From an uncultured Acidobacteriota bacterium (lineage in GTDB: Bacteria > Acidobacteriota > Thermoanaerobaculia > Gp7-AA8): DNA of 64,000 nt. Position numbers and translations under genes: made by a program. The notes under the pieces are model-generated. The model had not been told where the DNA came from, ran no database searches, and saw only the letters and a list, made by a program, of their open reading frames with translations. The stretch spans positions 800,001 to 864,000 of the forward strand of contig CAVUKB010000005.1 of assembly GCA_963741955.1 (NCBI GenBank), read 5' to 3'. Of this stretch, positions 54,764-64,000 are shown one piece after another; positions within the stretch are counted from its first letter, which is position 1, and every line of letters starts with the position of its first letter.

Positions 54764-57700
54764 TCGCCCACCGCCTCCGCGCGAAGCGTGAAGACGTCGC
54801 GCAGTTCCCGGTTCGACAGCTTCGTCAGCCAGCTCTCACCCGTCCCGACCACGTTCGTCGCCAATTCCAGCTTCCCTTCGATCATCGCGTCGATCCGCTC
54901 TTCGAACGTGCCGCCGCAGACGTACTTGTGCACCTGCACGTTGCGTTTCTGACCGATACGGAACGCCCGATCCGTCGCCTGATTCTCCACTGCCGGATTC
55001 CACCAGCGGTCGAAATGGAAGACGTGATTCGCGCGGGTCAGATTCAATCCGGTTCCGCCGGCCTTCAGTGAGAGGACGAACACCGGACACTCGCCGTCCT
55101 CGTTCTGAAAACGTCGCACCATTTCGTCGCGCTTCTTCCGCGGTGTTCCGCCATGGAGGAACAGAACCTCACGCCCGAACTCCTCCTGCAGGTGGAGACT
55201 CAGGATCTCTCCCATCTGCGAGAACTGGGTGAAGACGAGCGCCTTGTCCCCCCCCTCGATCAACTCGCCCATCATCTCGGTCAGGCGCGCGAGCTTCCCC
55301 GATCGCCCCTCGATCCTGGAGTTGTCGCCGAGAAACTGCCGGGGGTGATTGCATACCTGCTTGAGGCGCGTGAGCATCGCGAGGATCAGACCGCTCCTCG
55401 CGATCCCTTCCGCCGGCTCGAGCTGCTCCTGCACGTCGTCCAGCACCGCCTGATACAGCGACGCCTGCTCCGCGGTCAGCGTGCAATACACCTTCATCTC
55501 GTTTTTCTCCGGCAGATCACTGATGATCGATCGGTCCGTCTTGAGCCGCCGGAGGATGAAGGGCGAGGTCAGCTTTTTGAGCAGCCCGATCGCTTCCGGG
55601 TTCCTCCCGCTCTGGATCGGAAGGAAGAACCGCTCCCGGAACGATGACGCGCTCCCCAGCAGTCCCGGATTCAGAAAGTCCATGATCGACCAGAGATCGC
55701 CCACGTTGTTCTCCACCGGGGTGCCGGTCAGCGCGATCCGAAAATCTCCTTCCATCGAGCGCGCGGCTCTCGCCTGGCGCGTCTCCGAGTTCTTGATGTT
55801 CTGCGCTTCGTCGAGGATGACCCCGTTCCACTTCACCCCCCGAAGCTGCTCCTGGTCCCTCGTGAGCAGCGCGTAGCTCGACACGACGATGGCGCTCTTC
55901 ATCGCCTTCTTTGCAAAGCCGGCTCCTCGGGTTCGGTCGCTCCCGTGATGCAGCAGCACCGGCAACGACGGCGTGAACCGCGCCGCTTCGTGAACCCAGT
56001 TCGTGGTGACCGAGGTCGGACAGATCAACAGCACTGGGCCCTTCTTCCTCGCCCACTCCTTCTGGATCAACGCCAGCGTCTGCACCGTCTTCCCGAGCCC
56101 CATATCGTCCGCGAGACACGCCCCGAACGACACTTCGCGAAGAAAGTCGAGCCACGAGAAGCCACGCGCCTGATACGGCCGGAGCTCGCCACGGAATCCG
56201 ACCGGCGCGGGAAGCTCGTTCCACTCCCGCTTCCCTTCCAGCCGTTCCAGCAGTTCGCGTGCGGCCCCTTCGGCCGTCACGTCCGCGACGTCGAGCTGCG
56301 TCGCATCCGCCGCGGAACCGGTCAGGCTCATGCGCACCAGTTCCTGCACGCTCATCGCGGTCTTCTTCTTCTGCAGGAATCGGATCGCCTCTGCGATCTC
56401 CTCTCCGGCCAGCTGCACCCACTCGCCGCGCACCTGCACCAGCCCCGACTTCATCTTCGCCAGTGCGCGAAGCTCGGTCAGCGACAGTTTCTCGTCGCCG
56501 AGCGCGACGCCCCACTGGACCTCGACGAGGTCTCCGAAGCCAAGCCCCGACGCGCTGGTGAACTTCGGTGGCCGCGCCTTCGCGGAGAGCGCGAGCCGCC
56601 GCTTCGTTCCGCGCGGAGACCACCACGACGGGAGAAACACCGCGAACCCCGCCTGCTCGAGCGATCCCGCGTCCCGCGTGAGAAACTCCAGAGCGCCGTT
56701 CGAGTCCGTCGTGAACTGCGACGGCTCGGGACGCCTCAAAGTCTCCCCGATTTTCCCACTGATCGACCCCGCCTCGGCGAGCGACCGAAGGAGAAACTGC
56801 ATTCCATCCACGCCGCTCCCGCCCGCGCTCAACAGCTTCGCGACTGCCGCGCTCTTCGTTCCTCGCTTCTTCTTCGGCGGACTCCAGACCTCCTCCATCG
56901 CGACGATCAGACTCGGATCATCGCTCCCTTGAAGGAGAAAGCGCACCCGCCAGTCGTTCTCCTGCCCGGAAGGTTCCTCCAGGCGAAACCCGACCCGGAA
57001 TGCCGCCTCGGCCTGTTCGGCCACGGGTCGCGCCCAACGCCGCACCACCCTCCGCAGTTCCGCCGCTTCGTTTGGTTTCGCGTCGAGAGTGCCGTCGGGC
57101 GAGCAGAGAGCGTCGATCCAGCGGTCGTGCAGCGACGTGGCTGCGATCGCCGGCCGCGGAGCGCTCGATCGGTAGATCGCATCCCCGATCGTCGCGACGA
57201 AGCCCGCGATGGTCCTGCGCCGGTCGACCAGCGGCGGATCGTCGCTCTTCCGCCCCAACGCGAAGACCGCCTCCGGCGCCGAGCCGGCGAGCGACGCGAG
57301 CTCGCTCCTTTCGGTTCCCATCGGTGCGAGCATCCAGCGCGCGCGCCACCCCTCGAGTGACTCCTCGAGCGACGGGAGAAGGTGCCCTCGCGCGCCGAGC
57401 GCGGCGGCGAAGCGCATCGCGGTCGCGAGGTACGCGAGGTCCGCGCCGACCATCAGGCCCGGCGCGAGCATCCGCTTCCCTACCGCGTGCGCGAGAACCT
57501 CGGGCACCACGCGAGGTTCGAGGAAAATCGCCTCGATCGTCCACGGGTGAATGGTCGTTCTCGCGAGCGGCAGCGCTTCCCCGAGAAGTGGAGTGGAAGG
57601 GAGAGGCTTCGCGTCCGCCGTCGGGAGCCACGCGATCACATCGAGCGCCTCGCCTTCGATGCCGACGCCCAGCTCATCGAGCCGCTGCCGCACTTCGCCC

Positions 57701-57843
57701 GCCGGCATCCCCGTCCGCGGCGGTGGCGGCAGCTCGCTCTTCCGCATCCGTCCGCGCCGCCGCGGCGACGGCTGCTCCACGTGCGCAATCTCCCCCCACA
57801 ACACCACGGCGCCATCGACGAGAGATCCGTGCAGGACGAGCAT
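54760..57843 (-). CDS. SNF2-family (SWI2/SNF2) ATPase, DUF3670-type
   Basis: LADDMGLGKT, LDEAQNIKN, LTGTPVEN, KAGGTGLNL, QATDRAFRIGQ. Confidence 0.95.
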   Translation of the reverse strand: MLVLHGSLVDGAVVLWGEIAHVEQPSPRRRGRMRKSELPPPPRTGMPAGEVRQRLDELGVGIEGEALDVIAWLPTADAKPLPSTPLLGEALPLARTTIHPWTIEAIFLEPRVVPEVLAHAVGKRMLAPGLMVGADLAYLATAMRFAAALGARGHLLPSLEESLEGWRARWMLAPMGTERSELASLAGSAPEAVFALGRKSDDPPLVDRRRTIAGFVATIGDAIYRSSAPRPAIAATSLHDRWIDALCSPDGTLDAKPNEAAELRRVVRRWARPVAEQAEAAFRVGFRLEEPSGQENDWRVRFLLQGSDDPSLIVAMEEVWSPPKKKRGTKSAAVAKLLSAGGSGVDGMQFLLRSLAEAGSISGKIGETLRRPEPSQFTTDSNGALEFLTRDAGSLEQAGFAVFLPSWWSPRGTKRRLALSAKARPPKFTSASGLGFGDLVEVQWGVALGDEKLSLTELRALAKMKSGLVQVRGEWVQLAGEEIAEAIRFLQKKKTAMSVQELVRMSLTGSAADATQLDVADVTAEGAARELLERLEGKREWNELPAPVGFRGELRPYQARGFSWLDFLREVSFGACLADDMGLGKTVQTLALIQKEWARKKGPVLLICPTSVTTNWVHEAARFTPSLPVLLHHGSDRTRGAGFAKKAMKSAIVVSSYALLTRDQEQLRGVKWNGVILDEAQNIKNSETRQARAARSMEGDFRIALTGTPVENNVGDLWSIMDFLNPGLLGSASSFRERFFLPIQSGRNPEAIGLLKKLTSPFILRRLKTDRSIISDLPEKNEMKVYCTLTAEQASLYQAVLDDVQEQLEPAEGIARSGLILAMLTRLKQVCNHPRQFLGDNSRIEGRSGKLARLTEMMGELIEGGDKALVFTQFSQMGEILSLHLQEEFGREVLFLHGGTPRKKRDEMVRRFQNEDGECPVFVLSLKAGGTGLNLTRANHVFHFDRWWNPAVENQATDRAFRIGQKRNVQVHKYVCGGTFEERIDAMIEGKLELATNVVGTGESWLTKLSNRELRDVFTLRAEAVGE

Positions 57844-57851
57844 CGCCGCGC

Positions 57852-57857
57852 ATTATA
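57852..57857 (-). promoter_or_regulatory. -10 box of probable leaderless SNF2-SWIM transcript
   Basis: TATAAT 8 nt before ATG; no Shine-Dalgarno. Confidence 0.5.
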
Positions 57858-58132
57858 CCGGCGCCCGGGAGCATGGGCTCATGGCCTGCGCTTCGTAACC
57901 CACTCCCGCTCCCACACGCAGCAGATTCATCGTGCCTGCGGCACTCCGCGAGCAGCGCGAGGAAGATGAGGCGTCCCGCATCGGAGCAGAGGATCTTCTG
58001 CCGTTCCTTCCCGCTGCTCCACTTCTCCTGCGGACCACGTGACGTACCGCCCGGAGAAGCGAAGCTCCAATACGTCGTGTTCAAGGCATGCCGCGTGCAG
58101 CTTTCCCGACTGGAGCAGAAGGAGGAGCGGAA

Positions 58133-58648
58133 ATGAATCGAATCGACGAGATGGCTTCGAATGCCATGGGTAAGGCGAAGGAAATGAAAGACGCCGCGAC
58201 CGGACTCAAAGGCGTGTTCCGGACTCTGGCGGAGCAGCATGGGGAAGTGAGTGCTCTGCTCAAGCGGGCCAGGAGCACCGATGATGCGGAAAAGCGCGCC
58301 GAGCTTTGGCGGAAGATCCGCGTGGAGTTGCTCTCACACGAGCGCGGCGAGATGCGCGAGGTCTATCCCGTGCTGCGAGAGCACGCGGAAACGAGATCGC
58401 TCGCCGACCACCACGATCGCGAAGCGAAAGAGCTCGAATCGATGATCTCGCGGCTCGATGCGATGTCCACCGGTTCGGATGAGTGGGAAGACCTCTTCTC
58501 GGAGATCGCGGATACAGTGCAGCACCACGCCAGAGAAGAGGAGAACGAATTCTTTCCGAAGGCGCAGGAGACCATCGGAAAGGCGGAAGCGGAACGGCTC
58601 GAAGCGCGCTTCATGCAGACGAAGAAGCGGATCGTGAGCCAGCTCTGA
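58133..58648 (+). CDS. Hemerythrin/HHE cation-binding domain protein
   Basis: EQHGE, HERGE...VYP, HHAREEE...FP; GGAGG RBS. Confidence 0.85.
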   Translation: MNRIDEMASNAMGKAKEMKDAATGLKGVFRTLAEQHGEVSALLKRARSTDDAEKRAELWRKIRVELLSHERGEMREVYPVLREHAETRSLADHHDREAKELESMISRLDAMSTGSDEWEDLFSEIADTVQHHAREEENEFFPKAQETIGKAEAERLEARFMQTKKRIVSQL

Positions 58649-58788
58649 CGCGGGTCGGAGCATGAAGTGAGCACCTCGAAGCCGGCGCCCGCCGGCTTCG
58701 CACTTCAAACCTCACGTCCGGCGGACCCTGCCGGCTCCGGACGTCTCACTCCGGGGCCAGCATGAGAGTTGAGGAGCGAATTCGCCGT

Positions 58789-58850
58789 CTGACGCCGCAG
58801 ACGGGCCCGACTGGCGCTCCGCAGCAGAAGTCCCGTGAATAATCCGGGCT
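58789..58850 (+). repeat. Partial MITE-like repeat, family C
   Basis: Matches 16701-16758. Confidence 0.7.
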
Positions 58851-58854
58851 CAAT

Positions 58855-59074
58855 CCAATGGCCCGAACTCAAGGGGCACTGTGGGTGTTCACGGAGCCGA
58901 TGCGCGGGGTTACTGCGCATCTGCCACAGGTGCCGTCTCGTTCCGTTCTGAAGGCGATCTGCGCGGCCACGGCGGGAGCCGTGGCGCCCCTCGGAGAGGG
59001 GATCCTTCGCTGCCCAGCAAGGTCGCGCTGACTCCCGGCTGACACGCGGATCTTGCTCGAGTTCGGGCCATTGG
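58855..59074 (-). mobile_element. MITE family A copy 3 (inverted)
   Basis: Reverse complement of 14932-15151. Confidence 0.85.
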
Positions 59075-59179
59075 GACTCAATCCAATCGGAGCGAGGCTT
59101 CTCAGGGCGTGCTCCCGACTTCACTACTGTCGAAGGATCTGCCCGATTGCCGCTCAATGTCTAACCCGGATCACCTCTC

Positions 59180-60745
59180 TCAGTGCATGGCCGCGGCATA
59201 GAACGCGGCGAGGTCCTGCTTGAGCTGTTTCCGCGCAGGCGGGTGGATGTAGATCATGTGGCCGGACGGGTAGTAGCCCCAGGAGAGGTTCTTCTCGAGC
59301 GCCGGGTCGAGGCCCATGTGGGATACGGTGTACTCGGTCTCGAAGAACGGCGTGGCGAAATCGAAGTATCCGTTGGCGAAAAAGACTTTCAGGCCCGGGT
59401 TGGCGGACATCGCCTGCCGCAGATCCTCCGCCACGTCGGGCATGGGAGCCTTGCGGAACCCCTGACCGTGCCGGTCGTCCCACTCCTTCCCCACCTCCGG
59501 GTAGTTCGTCGGCTTGTAGAGATCGTCCGACTGGTAGTTCAGATCGCCGCGCGAATACGTGTTCCACGCTGCGACGAACGCCGCGCCGAAGGCGGAATCG
59601 GCTGCGTCGTCTTCAGGGCGCTCACCCGCGGCGTCGTGGTCGATGCCGGTGAAGCGCGAGTCGAGGCGGCCGACCGTGCGCCGTTCGCCGCGCAGCAGCT
59701 CCTTTTCGAAGCGCGAGGGGTCGATGCGGATGTTCGCCTGACGAAGGAAGTCCTCCGGCATCGCGGTGTAACGATGCAGCTTCGCGACCACGGCGTCGCG
59801 CTCCTTCTCTCCGAGACGGCTCCCTTTGGCGAGCGCTGCCGCGTATTCGCCGAGGGCGAACTGGCGGACTTCCTGGACGAATGCGGCGAGGTCGGCGGGT
59901 TTCGGATCGAGGCGGTCGTGGTACCAGGCCGTCGCGGCCATGGTGGGAAGATAGAACTCGTAGGGAAGGTCATTCGAGAACGGCGGCCCGTTGAAGTCGT
60001 CGTATGCATTGAGGTACGACGAGATCATCACTGCGCCGTTGAAGGCCATCCCTTTGTTCTGCAGCCACGCCAGGAGTCCGGAGGAGCGCGTGGTGCCATA
60101 CGATTCGCCGAGAAGGAACTTCGGCGAGTTCCATCGCCGGTTCGTGCTCACCCATCGCTCGATGAACTGCCCGAACGCGGCGATGTCGGGATCGGTGCCG
60201 TAGAAGTCCTTCGGCGTTCCCTTGCCGATGATGCGTGAGTATCCGGTTCCCATGGCGTCGATGAAGACGAGATCGGTGACGTCGAGGAGGCTCTCCGGAT
60301 TCGACTCGATCCGGTAGGGCGGCGGAGGGGTGGGCTCAGCATCAGAGGCGTCGACGCGCACCGGCCCGAACGAGCCCATCTCCAGCCACAGCGTGGACGA
60401 GCCGGGTCCGCCGTTGTAGCAGAAGGTGACGGGTCGTCTGGTGGCGTCGCTCACTCCGTCCTGGGTGTAGGCGACGTAGAACATCCGTCCGATCGGTTCG
60501 TCCTTGCCGTTCTTCAGATCGATCGTCGCGGCGGTGGCCGTGTACGGGATCGTCTTTCCGTCGATGACGATCCGATGGTGGGTGATTGCCGGCGCCGGAG
60601 CGGGTTTCACTTCCTCCGGCTTCGCCTTCTCGACTTCTTTCTTCGCCCCCGAGTCGGGCGGATCGGCGCTCCATGCAGTGGTGGAGCCGGCGAGAGCGAG
60701 AGCGAGAAACGAGGCGGTGACCCACTTCGAAGTTCGATTCATCAC
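59180..60745 (-). CDS. S10 family serine carboxypeptidase, secreted
   Basis: NGGPGSS, GTGYS, GESYGT, GYFDFATP, SGHMIY. Confidence 0.93.
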   Translation of the reverse strand: MMNRTSKWVTASFLALALAGSTTAWSADPPDSGAKKEVEKAKPEEVKPAPAPAITHHRIVIDGKTIPYTATAATIDLKNGKDEPIGRMFYVAYTQDGVSDATRRPVTFCYNGGPGSSTLWLEMGSFGPVRVDASDAEPTPPPPYRIESNPESLLDVTDLVFIDAMGTGYSRIIGKGTPKDFYGTDPDIAAFGQFIERWVSTNRRWNSPKFLLGESYGTTRSSGLLAWLQNKGMAFNGAVMISSYLNAYDDFNGPPFSNDLPYEFYLPTMAATAWYHDRLDPKPADLAAFVQEVRQFALGEYAAALAKGSRLGEKERDAVVAKLHRYTAMPEDFLRQANIRIDPSRFEKELLRGERRTVGRLDSRFTGIDHDAAGERPEDDAADSAFGAAFVAAWNTYSRGDLNYQSDDLYKPTNYPEVGKEWDDRHGQGFRKAPMPDVAEDLRQAMSANPGLKVFFANGYFDFATPFFETEYTVSHMGLDPALEKNLSWGYYPSGHMIYIHPPARKQLKQDLAAFYAAAMH

Positions 60746-60891
60746 GTTGTGACCTCCTGGACCGACCGGACATTATGGAAGATCTCGCTCGCGTGACCAA
60801 GTCGGTAACCCGGATTAAACGACGCACCTCCGGCGGAATCGTGGAATAGAATCAATGGATGAACCGGCGCCTCCATCCGTACCTTCAGTCG

Positions 60892-63171
60892 ATGCGCGAT
60901 CTCAGAGCTCTTCTCGTCGTCTTCTCCCTGATCCTCCCCACGTTCGCGATGGCGGATCCGATCGTGTCGCCGCCACGGGACATCGGCGACTTTCCTCTGA
61001 TGCAGGCGGTCTGGGATCAGAGTGGTCCGGAGGCCGTTTCGAACGGCGAGGACTACCTCGTGGTCTACGTCCATGGAACCCGGGGGCGGTTTCTGCGTGC
61101 GACGAGGATCACCGCAAACGGCGATGTGCTCGATCCATTCGGCATCGCGATCGGCAGCACCGGCTCATCGCTCCACCCCTTCGATGTTCTCTGGAGCGGC
61201 AGTGAGTACCTGATCGCATGGACGAGGTCCAACTGTGACGACGGCGGCTCCTGTCTCCAGTTCACGACGGTGACGCCGGACGGCGAGGTCGAGCAGGGAA
61301 TGTCGCTTCCTCCGGTCGAAGAGGCGCGATTCGCGCTGCGATCAGGCGTCCTTCTCGTGGCGTGGAGCGAGCCCGATCGTCTGCAGGCGCGGATGATCCC
61401 TCTCGGTGGTGAACCCGGCGAACCGATCGATCTCCTCGACGTGGTGGACCGCTACGTGTCGATCGAGAAAGTCGTCGCGACGAGCTCCGGATTTCTGGTC
61501 TTCGCGCATGCCGGGGCGACGAGAACCGGTTCGGCCGCGAAAGAGCAACTGCTCGTGATCCCGGTAGATGCATCAGGAAACGCTGGCGCGGCACATGTTC
61601 TGCTCGAGGGAGGAGCCGATCTCGAGCCGCTGCGGTTCGGTTCGATCTCGACCACGGGTCAGACGACGGCGGTACTCTTCGGCGCCGGTTCGGCTTCGAG
61701 AAGTCTTGCGATCCTCGGTCCCTCCGGAGAGGATCTCGTGCGCCTCGATCCGTTCACCGCGTTCGTTCCGGACGACACGCTTCTCCTTCCTGATGGCGAG
61801 GACTTTCTCATGGCGTCTCGCCAGGCCGAGACCGTCGTCATTCAGACGCTCGGCTCATCGGGCGCGACCGGTCCGGTATGGACTCTTCAGCCCGGGATCG
61901 ACCGGAATCAAAGCCTGAGTGCGTTCGCCGGTACGCCGTCGACTCTTCTTCTGGTCCGGGAGGAACGGAAGGGAGACGGCTGGAGCGAACCGGGAGGTCT
62001 CAACCAGATCGTCCGGACCTGGGATCGCGCACTCGAACCGCTCGCGCCCGCGTCGCCGCTGATGCTCAGCGCACCGGTCCAGCGAAGCTCCGCGGTCGCC
62101 GCCGCGGGCGACACGGTTCTTCACGTGTGGGACGAGTACCGCGACGGCATCTGGCAGCTCTACTCGCAGCCGATGAGCGCCGACGGCCAGGCGACTGCAT
62201 GGCCGGTCGACCACCCGTACAACAGACAAGGTTTTTCGCTCACCTCGGATGGGGAAACCTTTCTGCTGGCGACGGGACGAAGCAGCTGGACCCCCGAAGA
62301 GGGATGGAAGCGGTTCGTGGAGCTGACCACGATTGCGCGCGACGGCTCGGTGGTCGCGCGCACCGAGATCGCGAATGCGGTGCAACCGGAGATCGTCTTC
62401 GACGGAAAGCATTTCGTCCTACTCTGGTGGGAACGGCTCGAGGGAAGATATCCCGACGTCGCAATGCTCACGGTGCTGGACGATTCGATGGAGCCCGGGA
62501 CGACGATCGAGATCGGTGATTATCTCCATGCTGCCGGCTTCGACGGCGGCGTCTACATCCTCGGCGTCATCGAGGGCGAACGTCTCTATCCGGACCTCCC
62601 GCCGACCCGTGGCCTCGACGTTCGCGTCGCCTCGACCGCGGGAGCCGTCTCGATCGGGCCACGAACGGTGGTCATCGAGCCGAGTGTGAATCCGGTGCGG
62701 GATGTCCGTCACGAGACGATCACCTCCAATCGAATGGACGCTCTGATCTACTGGCAACAAGCCGAGAGCGACGGCGGCCCGTGGGGGTATCGCGAAGAGT
62801 CGGCCCTCGTGAACCGCGATGGAAACGTCGTCGCGGAAACCCCGGCTCTTCTCGAGCAGAGCGGCGACACGGCGGCCGGAATGATGACGTGGGACGGGAG
62901 GAATTTCGTCTCGGCGAACATGGGCGAGCACGGAGACCGTCTGCTGGTTCAATACCTCGATCGACGAGGGAGGTTCGGGGAGAGACTCCGGATTCCGGTC
63001 GACTCCTACGGAAATGCCGAGGTATCGATCACTTCGGTCGGTGATGGAAGGACGGTCGTCGACGACTCTGCGTTCGTGACGGATCCGCGGGTCGGCATCG
63101 ACGTCGAACGCGTCTTCACGCAGGAGATCACGAAGGAGACGGAGAGACGCCGGTCCGTCCGGCGACCCTGA
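60892..63171 (+). CDS. Large secreted hypothetical beta-rich protein
   Basis: Signal peptide; repeated SNG/SDG/FDG-x-(Y/F)LV motifs; ends RRRSVRRP; start estimated. Confidence 0.75.
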   Translation: MRDLRALLVVFSLILPTFAMADPIVSPPRDIGDFPLMQAVWDQSGPEAVSNGEDYLVVYVHGTRGRFLRATRITANGDVLDPFGIAIGSTGSSLHPFDVLWSGSEYLIAWTRSNCDDGGSCLQFTTVTPDGEVEQGMSLPPVEEARFALRSGVLLVAWSEPDRLQARMIPLGGEPGEPIDLLDVVDRYVSIEKVVATSSGFLVFAHAGATRTGSAAKEQLLVIPVDASGNAGAAHVLLEGGADLEPLRFGSISTTGQTTAVLFGAGSASRSLAILGPSGEDLVRLDPFTAFVPDDTLLLPDGEDFLMASRQAETVVIQTLGSSGATGPVWTLQPGIDRNQSLSAFAGTPSTLLLVREERKGDGWSEPGGLNQIVRTWDRALEPLAPASPLMLSAPVQRSSAVAAAGDTVLHVWDEYRDGIWQLYSQPMSADGQATAWPVDHPYNRQGFSLTSDGETFLLATGRSSWTPEEGWKRFVELTTIARDGSVVARTEIANAVQPEIVFDGKHFVLLWWERLEGRYPDVAMLTVLDDSMEPGTTIEIGDYLHAAGFDGGVYILGVIEGERLYPDLPPTRGLDVRVASTAGAVSIGPRTVVIEPSVNPVRDVRHETITSNRMDALIYWQQAESDGGPWGYREESALVNRDGNVVAETPALLEQSGDTAAGMMTWDGRNFVSANMGEHGDRLLVQYLDRRGRFGERLRIPVDSYGNAEVSITSVGDGRTVVDDSAFVTDPRVGIDVERVFTQEITKETERRRSVRRP

Positions 63172-63196
63172 TCACGCCCCAATTTTCCAGGGCTAG

Positions 63197-63355
63197 GAGT
63201 CTGCGCGATAGAAACGTCCGTAGCGAGAAAGCGGAGCAACGAGGCCAAATTCGTTCGGATTTGAGGTGCGTAGCGGTGGCTACTCGCCGAAAATCCGGGT
63301 GGATTTGGACCGTTGATCCGCTTTCGCAGTAGGACAGTTTCTACCGCGCAGACTC
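63197..63355. mobile_element. MITE family D with IS1182-type TIRs, flanked by CTAG
   Basis: CTAG-GAGTCTGCGCGATAGAAAC...GTTTCTACCGCGCAGACTC-CTAG. Confidence 0.85.
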
Positions 63356-63359
63356 CTAG

Positions 63360-64000
63360 GAGTCTGCGCGGTAGAAACCCGGTTCGCGGCAAATCGGCAT
63401 GATAAAAGGTGAATGGTTAGTAGTAACGATAATATGTTAAGATTAGGTCATGCCGACCACGTATAGGCCATACCGACCGGAGCAGTCGCTGCTGCTTCCG
63501 CCCTCGCCATACGAGTGGCTCCCTGAGGGTCACTTGGCGCACTTCGTTTCCGACATGATCGATCAGCTTGATCTGAGTGCATTCTACGAGCGGTACAAGG
63601 GCGACGGCAGGCGGAAGCAGCCCTACGAGCCGAGGATGATGCTCAAGTTGATCACCTATTCGTACCTGACGGGAACGTTCTCCTCGCGCAAGATTGCCCG
63701 GCGGATCGATGAAGATATCGCCGTCCGGTATCTTGCAGCCGGGAACTTTCCATCGCATCGGACCATCTGCGACTTTCGGCTTGAAAACGTGGACGCATTC
63801 AGCTCATTGCTGGTCCAGATCATTCGGACCGCTCAGGAGGCAGGGTTAGTTACGCTCGGGAGGATCGCAATCGACGGGTCGAAGGTGCGAGCGAATGCCA
63901 GCAAGCACAAGGCGATGAGCTACGATCGGATGAAGAAGGAAGAAGCGAAGCTCGAGAAGGAGATCGCGGAGATTTTGGCCACAGCGGCGGAAGAGGATGC
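63360..64000 (+). mobile_element. IS1182-family insertion sequence (left part; runs off window)
   Basis: Left TIR GAGTCTGCGCGGTAGAAAC followed by a transposase ORF. Confidence 0.88.
63450..64000 (+). CDS. IS1182-family transposase (partial)
   Basis: MPTTYRPYRPEQSLLLPPS...WLPEGHLAHF...SSRKIARR...PSHRTICDFR...IDGSKVRANASKHKAMSY; absent from ORF track because it has no stop in the window. Confidence 0.92.
   Translation, partial: MPTTYRPYRPEQSLLLPPSPYEWLPEGHLAHFVSDMIDQLDLSAFYERYKGDGRRKQPYEPRMMLKLITYSYLTGTFSSRKIARRIDEDIAVRYLAAGNFPSHRTICDFRLENVDAFSSLLVQIIRTAQEAGLVTLGRIAIDGSKVRANASKHKAMSYDRMKKEEAKLEKEIAEILATAAEED

Noticed and set aside
1-64000. tRNA, rRNA, T-box upstream of tyrS, FMN riboswitch upstream of ribH
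   Set aside because: I recognised no such motifs by eye; the ribH leader is too short and the tyrS upstream region is occupied by MITEs. An Infernal/tRNAscan run would be decisive.

Overview
GC-rich bacterial chromosome segment; gene content and protein style suggest Acidobacteriota, probably Thermoanaerobaculia-like (inference). 1-27.2 kb is housekeeping and envelope genes (ribH, amidase, PP2C, DnaJ-TPR, FNT, epimerase, DegT, tyrS, AmpG-like, rsmE, gltA). It also hides a SelW/Rdx selenoprotein (CxxU, in-frame TGA plus SECIS) that the ORF track misses, heptamer tandem arrays and several MITE families. 27.2-53.4 kb is a ~26-kb chromosomal integron with an inverted layout: intI is co-oriented with the array and attI lies just after its stop codon. 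I count 31 attC sites and 31 cassettes, including a type II R-M pair, an HNH nuclease, two Rx4H/HEPN-like proteins, a ParA ATPase, two damaged TA pairs, a duplicated cassette and one inverted gene. The most striking pattern is that 19 of the 23 long attC sites carry a sigma70 -10-like hexamer (TAnnnT) in their terminal loop, pointing into the next cassette. 53.9-64 kb holds SWIM-SNF2, a hemerythrin-like protein, an S10 peptidase, a secreted protein, and a truncated IS1182 abutting a MITE with the same termini. All calls are by eye; no database searches were run.
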